Shown one piece after another: positions 53,905-56,902 of a stretch of DNA of 56,902 nt (within the stretch, counting starts at the first letter, position 1; each line of letters begins with the position of its first letter). The position numbers were made by a program, and so were the translations under genes. The notes below the pieces were generated by a model. The model ran no database searches. It worked only from the letters and a program-made list of their open reading frames with translations, and was not told where the DNA came from. The stretch lies in the NCBI RefSeq assembly GCF_001194135.2, contig NC_068995.1:6103506-6160407 (forward strand). Direction: 5' to 3'. Source of the stretch: Octopus bimaculoides. Lineage: Eukaryota.

Positions 53905-54839
53905 ATGTATGTATGTGTGTGTTTCAGGAGACGTATATAGTTTGTGTGCGCGTATGCGTTTTGCATGTGAGTGGAGTGTCGGTGTTTAACACATGTTATT
54001 TTCCCCACCAATTGGCTGACGTCGAATGTATGCAAACACATAAATGTGCATTCACATGCACATGCATATGCATGTATGTATGTATGTATGTATGTATTTA
54101 TATGTATATATATATATATANNNNNNNNNNNNNNNNNNNNNNNNNNNNNNNNNNNNNNNNNNNNNNNNNNNNNNNNNNNNNNNNNNNNNNNNNNNNNNNN
54201 NNNNNNNNNNNNNNNNNNNNNNNNNNNNNNNNNNNNNNNNNNNNNNNNNNNNNNNNNNNNNNNNNNNNNNNNNNNNNNNNNNNNNNNNNNNNNNNNNNNN
54301 NNNNNNNNNNNNNNNNNNNNNNNNNNNNNNNNNNNNNNNNNNNNNNNNNNNNNNNNNNNNNNNNNNNNNNNNNNNNNNNNNNNNNNNNNNNNNNNNNNNN
54401 NNNNNNNNNNNNNNNNNNNNNNNNNNNNNNNNNNNNNNNNNNNNNNNNNNNNNNNNNNNNNNNNNNNNNNNNNNNNNNNNNNNNNNNNNNNNNNNNNNNN
54501 NNNNNNNNNNNNNNNNNNNNNNNNNNNNNNNNNNNNNNNNNNNNNNNNNNNNNNNNNNNNNNNNNNNNNNNNNNNNNNNNNNNNNNNNNNNNNNNNNNNN
54601 NNNNNNNNNNNNNNNNNNNNNNNNNNNNNNNNNNNNNNNNNNNNNNNNNNNNNNNNNNNNNNNNNNNNNNNNNNNNNNNNNNNNNNNNNNNNNNNNNNNN
54701 NNNNNNNNNNNNNNNNNNNNNNNNNNNNNNNNNNNNNNNNNNNNNNNNNNNNNNNNNNNNNNNNNNNNNNNNNNNNNNNNNNNNNNNNNNNNNNNNTATA
54801 TATATATATATATATGTGTATGTTTGTATGTATGTTCCT

Positions 54840-55760
54840 GTAGGTCGTTTTAAACCCTGCTGAGTTAACAACGGGAAATTGACTTCAATATAAATCCATA
54901 GAAAATTTCGTCCACTATGGTAATTCGCAATTACAAAGGTTGTTGCAGAAGATTTGCAATTTCCTTTCCCAGGTGAAGAAGAAGAAAAGGAAGAAAAAAT
55001 GAATTTGAAGTTTAGTTGCTTTCCAAAAAGAGCATTGATCGAATCAGTTGATTTTTCCAGTTTTCTCAGACCATTTTCTAATAATGATTCAATATAAATT
55101 CTACTCCGATGATTGTTAGCTTTCCATTTCCCGGGAATCCATACATATTTCAAACTCTATTGGTTTCTTCAGGTAACTTCGTTATATCTACCATCACACA
55201 GTGACAATGCTATCAATGACAACATTTCTAAACTCATATTGACATTGTTATTTTCAGTTTGTAAAAACTAACGACTATTTTATAAATTCTTACCAAGTTT
55301 TGTTGCTTGTAAACTAATCGTTGCATAACGACCTTCCATACTAAGAATCTGAAGGTGTCTCTGAGATCTAAATCCAGTCTATTCATTCTGTTCCATTGCA
55401 TTGAGCTTCATCCAAACATTTCTGAATCACTGTTTTTTGTATTTGTTTTCCTCTGTTAATGGTGACTCATTTAACAAGACCATTTCTGTATTCCAGATTT
55501 TACACATCTTATACGAGCACTGCTGGACCGAGTATTATAACAGCTTTGAGCCCAACCCTCTGTAGCTTTGTACTTATTTAGCTGCTAGTTTAAGCTGCCT
55601 ATTAAATTGCACCTTATCTAGTTCGTTACCATCGTTTAATTTCAAATAATTCCTGATTGACCAGACATAACATAAAAGTTGAGCCAGTTTTAACAACCGG
55701 TCTTTCACGTGAGGCAAGGCTTAATTAGGAGCATCATATGTTTTCTTCATTCTCTTTAAT
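54840..55760 (-). pseudogene. Unidentified decayed reading frame (stop-depleted)
   Basis: One minus-strand frame has 9 stops over about 305 codons by manual translation, with the last ~105 codons open. I recognise no protein family. Confidence 0.3.
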
Positions 55761-56859
55761 GTTAGTTGTGAATTAATGGTTATTTTACTGCTACTTCTAA
55801 CATTGCATGTAAGCATAAAGAGTTCTCTCTCTGGCTTCCTCTAAGTTAACAAATGGAAGACATGTTTTATCCAAACAATCATCAAAATGATGGAAATTGA
55901 TGTATAATGACACATTCTTTCAATCCCTTCTTGTTAATGATCCCTAAAATAACCCAGAGCAGCAGACAATAATGACAAGAACGAATTTCCTCCAGCAGTC
56001 GATATGGTTAAGACACTGGAATAACCATATGTCCTCACCACCATAATCCGAAGAACTGGTCGGACGAGACAACAAAGAACCCAAGAACTTTGTGATTGGA
56101 GGCCCAACCACTACAAATATATCAAAAGTCAAAAGTGTAAAGCTGTAATTTATCTGCAGTTGACTCTACATCTAAGACATAGACCGTTAATCATGGCGGT
56201 GATAACATATAGAACCACTGTAGAATTTAGGACAGAACGGATCAATCTGTAACCATAAGACAAATGTTATATCCAGTGGCTTTTCGCTCATATAATCAAA
56301 AACAGGAATACCCTAACTCGATTCAATGTACTATACAGCTATGTATTTTTTTATGATTGTCGTCTTTCTCCTTTCCAGCAAGAAATCATGATTTTCAATA
56401 TCTATTTTTTATGTTGCTCAGATCATTGTATTTAAATCTTCCCGTCTAGATCATCTCAGTTTCTTTATTTAATCTGTTATATAGTTAAGTGTCCCGTTTT
56501 GACATTTCTATTTATTTCTCTGTTCAGTATATATTACTTTACTCCTATCAATTTCCAAAGCAATTTATTCCAGCCCATAATATCAGACTGCTGATATACT
56601 TTAGATATATCAAGTCCGAGGGATCGTTTTGCTTTTGAATATCCTATTGTCATTAATATATAACCTTCTGTCATTTCGCATTAATAAATAGTTTCTTATT
56701 AAATAAATAACTTTACCATATTTCTTTCAGACGAACTTTTGAGCAGCGTTTTATCCACAAATATACTATGCATATACATATATATATACGTATACACACG
56801 TGCATTTACACATATATGTAGAGACACTTTCATAATACACACACACACACACACTCACG

Positions 56860-56864
56860 CACGC

Positions 56865-56902
<38 letters not shown>
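56860..56902. repeat. (TA)n microsatellite at window end
   Basis: Direct read. Confidence 0.95.

Overview
AT-rich, microsatellite-saturated eukaryotic (animal) DNA with 13 assembly gaps (about 5.6 kb of N), most of them flanked by (TA)n. The repeat content (tRNA-derived SINEs, R4/Dong-like, RTE, Tx1 and Gypsy fossils) looks like a coleoid cephalopod, probably Octopus; this is an inference from recalled repeat families, not a database match. I can support no intact protein-coding gene. Almost all entries in the ORF track are microsatellite or N-run artefacts, and the real coding signal is decayed transposon sequence: Ty3/Gypsy pol (8.8-10.2 kb), restriction-like-endonuclease (RLE) LINE pieces (19.5-20.5 kb and 47.5-48.1 kb), RTE RT (21.7-22.2 kb) and a Tx1 3' end (33.2-33.7 kb). 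The window is probably intronic or intergenic. The most interesting item is a tRNA-headed SINE at 11.16-11.45 kb whose 3' part carries, in sense orientation, a Penelope-type minimal hammerhead ribozyme motif. Other leads are a 170-bp element duplicated with block-like conservation (39.7 and 44.3 kb), an unidentified stop-depleted frame at 54.8-55.8 kb, a recurring repeat/(TAA)n/SINE arrangement, and several unverified exon and promoter candidates. There is no CRISPR array, rRNA, bona fide tRNA or prokaryote-type system.
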